From NCBI GenBank assembly GCA_965112155.1, contig OZ218101.1: a stretch of 64,000 nt of DNA; one strand, written 5' to 3'. Position numbers and translations under genes: made by a program. Shown here piece by piece: positions 60,600 through 64,000 of this stretch (position 1 is the first letter of the stretch; each line of letters starts with the position of its first letter). The notes beneath the pieces were generated by a model. It searched no databases, had not been told where the DNA came from, and was given only the letters and a program-made list of their open reading frames with translations. Source of the DNA: Podarcis liolepis. Its lineage: Eukaryota.

Positions 60600-61807
60600 C
60601 TAGGGAGAAGAGGTGCTGGTGGAGCGTGAGGGTGGGGTGGGGGGTTGAACCGGGTTTTAATCGAGGTAGTGGGCGCGCCTCCTCATCTTCCCCTCCAGGA
60701 GACGCCCTTCCTCCTGGGCAAAGAAACGGGTTGGCAGCAGGGCCCTCCACTTTGAATCCTTCAGCCCCTCCAGCACAGCCCCCTTCTCCCAGTGGGATAC
60801 AAACCTATTGCCCCAGAGACAGGCTCCACCCGCCCCAGGGCCTCCCCCACAGCCCCACCTCGGGTGGGGGGTCGGCCCCGTCCCCCAGCGCTGTTCCCCA
60901 AGGGCGCCCAGCCTTGGGAGCCTTTGCTGGAGGGCAGCGGGGGGGGGGTTAGTTTGGACAGGCGCGGAGGTGGGAGAGGAGGAGGCAATAGCGAAGACTT
61001 TCTCCCCACCCACCCAACACATACACAAAGCCGCCTCTTCTTTCCCCCTTCAGAGCTCTCTCTGGGGACCGAGTGTTAAGTCGATCGAACACCCTCCAAC
61101 AAACACACACACGAACACACGCGCATATACACATACACACAAAAACAACAACCCGCGCGCGCGCCTCCAGCGCCGAGATCTGCCCTGGCGCCCGTCCCTG
61201 CCAATTGCCCCGGGTGTCGGGTTTGGCCCCCTGCAGTCGGCCGGCAGCACTGCCGCCTCCATTCGGCCGCCATTAAGGAGACCCAGCCAAACAATACGGG
61301 AGGGGAGCGCGAGAGAAAGCGGGAGCTGGGGGGGGGGGGGAGAGGAGGATACGCGGAGCGCAGCGCTGGGCGCAAAGAAGGGCGCCGCGAAAGGGGGGAG
61401 GGGAGCCGGCGGGGCGGAGGGCATTGAAAACAAAACCGCGGGCGAGGCGGTTGGAAACGAAGCCGTGATAAAATGGATCCTTCCCTTCTTCCCCCCCCCC
61501 GCCCCGCTCCCCACGCCGCCACCCCAGATACCCCCCAAGGCAGCCCCCTCCGCATTTCTGCCCTCAGCGCCCCTCAGTGAGGGGGGCTTCCTCCTGTCCG
61601 TCGCCCCAACCGCCTCCCTCACCCTCCCCCCGCCCCCAATCCCTGCTGGCGTGAGGCGAGAGCGACACGCAGCGGGGCATTTAGCCCGGGTTGCTGCGAG
61701 GCACGGCTGGGCTGCTCCAATCCCCACCCTGAAGGGGCAAGCTGGGCTCCAGCCAGCCACCCACCCGGCTCTCCTCTACCTCAGCCGCTTCCTCTCACGG
61801 CCCTCAC

Positions 61808-61950
61808 CAGTCTCGGGGGGGAGAAGGAGGTCGCCCCGGCAGCGGCGGCGGGTCACACGCACCCTCCGCGGCTCCGCCAACGCTTCCTCAACTCTAACTC
61901 GGTCCAGTCCCGGGCTAAGCGCTGCTGCTTGGCGGAGGGGAGGAGCAGGG
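61808..61950 (-). other. ZMYM2: Probable non-coding first exon of ZMYM2 (TSS approximate)
   Basis: GC-rich segment ending at donor CTG|GTGAGG (61807), immediately downstream of two CCAAT boxes. Confidence 0.5.
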
Positions 61951-62110
61951 ACCAACCCCACCAGCCGAGCTCGGGGAAAGGCCGCCTCGTGCGCCCGCTT
62001 ATTGGCCTTCCCAGGAAGAGGGCTTCGTTGCCTGCAGAACCCATTGGAGCGGCTTCCCGCCTATCAGCGTCCCCGCCGCAGGTGGTTGGGCCGAGGCCCT
62101 GTCAATCCGA
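61930..62110 (-). promoter_or_regulatory. Proximal promoter with tandem CCAAT (NF-Y) boxes and a GC box
   Basis: ATTGG at 62001-62005 and 62043-62047 (CCAAT on minus); GGCGGAGGGG at 61931-61940; no TATA box seen. Confidence 0.55.
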
Positions 62111-64000
62111 TTCTCACTCACGCCTACGGTCCCTCCCTCTTTGGTTCCATCAGGTTAAACCCGAATCGCATTGCCCACCACCAACAGCTGCAGCACCTCT
62201 GCCTTTCTCCTGGTGGATGGGCGGGTTTGGGGCCCCAGAGGTTGCTGCTGCTGCCGGATACTTTCCTGCAGAAGTTTGTGCTCTTTTTCCCCCTCCATGA
62301 AAGCGGGATGGCATCCCTTTTACTCCGCATGACATTTGCCAGGGAGGGAGGTGGTGTGTTTAACCCATTAATTTGCCTTCCACGGTCCCTCTGGGCAATA
62401 ATTGCAGCGGAGACGTGTGGCTTCGGGTGTGAACACCCTGTTCCGTGGGGAGGTGATGGTTGCCACGCTTCGTCCACATTTTTAGGCGCGCGCGCGCCCC
62501 CACAGCAGGGCTGGGAAACCTGGATCCATTTCCATAAGGGGGCAGAGTAATGGAAACAGTCTCCCAGTCTCCAAGCTCTTTCCCAAGGGCAAAGATCCCT
62601 GTCTCCATTGAGGAACAACCCCCCTTTTTCCCCCTCCCCCTGCCTACTCCGGAGAAAGAAAGCTGTGTCCCTTGCAACTGCCAGCACGGCTCCTGGTGGT
62701 GGTAGTGGTGGTTGGTAATGGTGGTGACGTCCTCCATTTTGTCGGAAGCTGCTGCAGGCAGGGAACTTGGGACCACTTCAGACCAACATGGGGCTCTATG
62801 AGGTGCCTGGTTTCAGAGCCTCTCGCCTCAGGGGCACAGCAAATCGCGGGGGGGGGGAGAACCTCTGGCAATGCCCTAAAAGGAACAAATCGAACCCAGA
62901 GCCGCCAAGGCGGCAAAGCACCGAGAACCACGCTCCCCACCCTCCCTCAGCCAAAATGGAGGATGCGCACTTCCCTTGCGCGGTTGGTTCCCCGTTCCCC
63001 AGCCATGGGATTGACGCCCGCTTCTTCGAGGACGGGGGCGTGCTCAGTCTTCTGCCTGGTTGGTTAACCCACCGACTACCCCGTGGGCTGTCCCTCTCTC
63101 CTCGACAAAAACGGGGAGAAAGAGGCGGGAAACAACGCCACACAGTCTTCTCCACCTTGCAGCGATTCCACAAACGTACACGCAGCAGCACGGTATTTTA
63201 TTCCCTGGAGAAAGGCTTATTATGTACGGGGGGAAAGGGAGCGGGCAAGAGCTGTTGGCCCCATTTCTGTCTCAGATATGCAAGAGCTTCTCGCGATGCC
63301 AAGTCCCTGGGTAACTTGCGCGGGAGCTCAGTTCGAAGAGTTTTAAGTTCGCTCGGTTGCCCTCGGTGGCTAATTTCCCTGCGCCGCAGACGCGAGCATT
63401 CTGAACGCGGCGCTGTCGCTGTACCATATCTAGTTCCCTCCTGCCACCGGCCCTAAACAGAGACGCAGGCAACGGCCAACAGGTCTAGCCAAATGCGTAT
63501 GTGAAACTATTAATAGGATGCTGCCGATTTAATGGGAAATGCGAAAGCTTGCATTTCTAGGTGGGCAAACAACGTCGCAGAAAGTCTATAAACTCTAATG
63601 GATAGTGAAGGGGAGAACTTAATTTTTCACTTGATGGCCTATATTGAAAGGCTAGACAAAGATTATCTGCTTTGATAACTGCATTTCCTGTTACATTATT
63701 TGCAGTTGGAGTTTGATAGTGGAGACAGAAAAGGAAGAAGTTTTGTTGGTTTAGTCATTAACCGCAGCATCTTTCAGGACTTATGTTGTATTGTGTGGGG
63801 GTTTTTTTAAGACTGAACATTTCCATTGCTTTCTCCATATTAATAGGAATCTAAATACTGTACTCTGAAATCTGAAAACCTTGAGTTTTATTTAAGGGTC
63901 ATTACTTGGGATTCAGAGGCACTTCTGAAGAAACATGAGTAGGATTCCACAATTTAAAGAAATGGTTCCCAAACATTTTTGGGCCACCGCTCCCTTGGTT

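Larger units (their letters stand above)
60050..63530. promoter_or_regulatory. CpG island over the ZMYM2 5' end
   Basis: Abrupt rise in GC and CpG density against the AT-rich, CpG-depleted introns. Confidence 0.92.

Noticed and set aside
60808-62550. 580-aa plus-strand ORF and other long ORFs in 60150-63470
   Set aside because: Low-complexity Pro/Gly/Ala/Arg translation in a CpG island where stop codons are rare; overlapping ORFs in many frames; no recognisable domain.
63060-63314. Possible PSPC1 first exon (TYTQ motif; PSPC1 neighbours ZMYM2 in other vertebrates)
   Set aside because: Only four residues match; the RRM sequence RCRLFVGNL is absent.

Overview
Vertebrate genomic DNA, most likely a lacertid lizard (inferred from the Sauria SINE, Squam3-like SINE, hAT/Tc1-mariner MITE and L2/Rex1 repertoire). 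The window holds one complete gene on the minus strand, ZMYM2 (ZNF198). I traced 22 coding exons by hand, from ATG 51526-51524 to TAA 2174-2172. All are GT-AG with consistent phases and total 3999 nt (about 1332 aa). There are two probable non-coding 5' exons in a CpG island (about 60050-63530) and a 3' UTR running toward the left edge. The introns are dense with transposon relics. Main observations: (1) a Penelope-derived insertion with a 12-bp TSD forms an 82-bp hairpin and carries an intact minimal hammerhead-ribozyme motif on the ZMYM2 sense strand; (2) the mammalian-type start codon and the first ~23 codons appear decayed (ATG->AGG, in-frame TGA); (3) an 18-nt exonic duplication creates a second in-frame splice acceptor; (4) the mammalian 72-nt cassette exon could not be found, and the same intron has candidate poison exons; (5) a divergent pair of YY1/ETS-like motifs lies upstream. 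Comparisons with human ZMYM2 rely on my recall of the protein, not on a database search.
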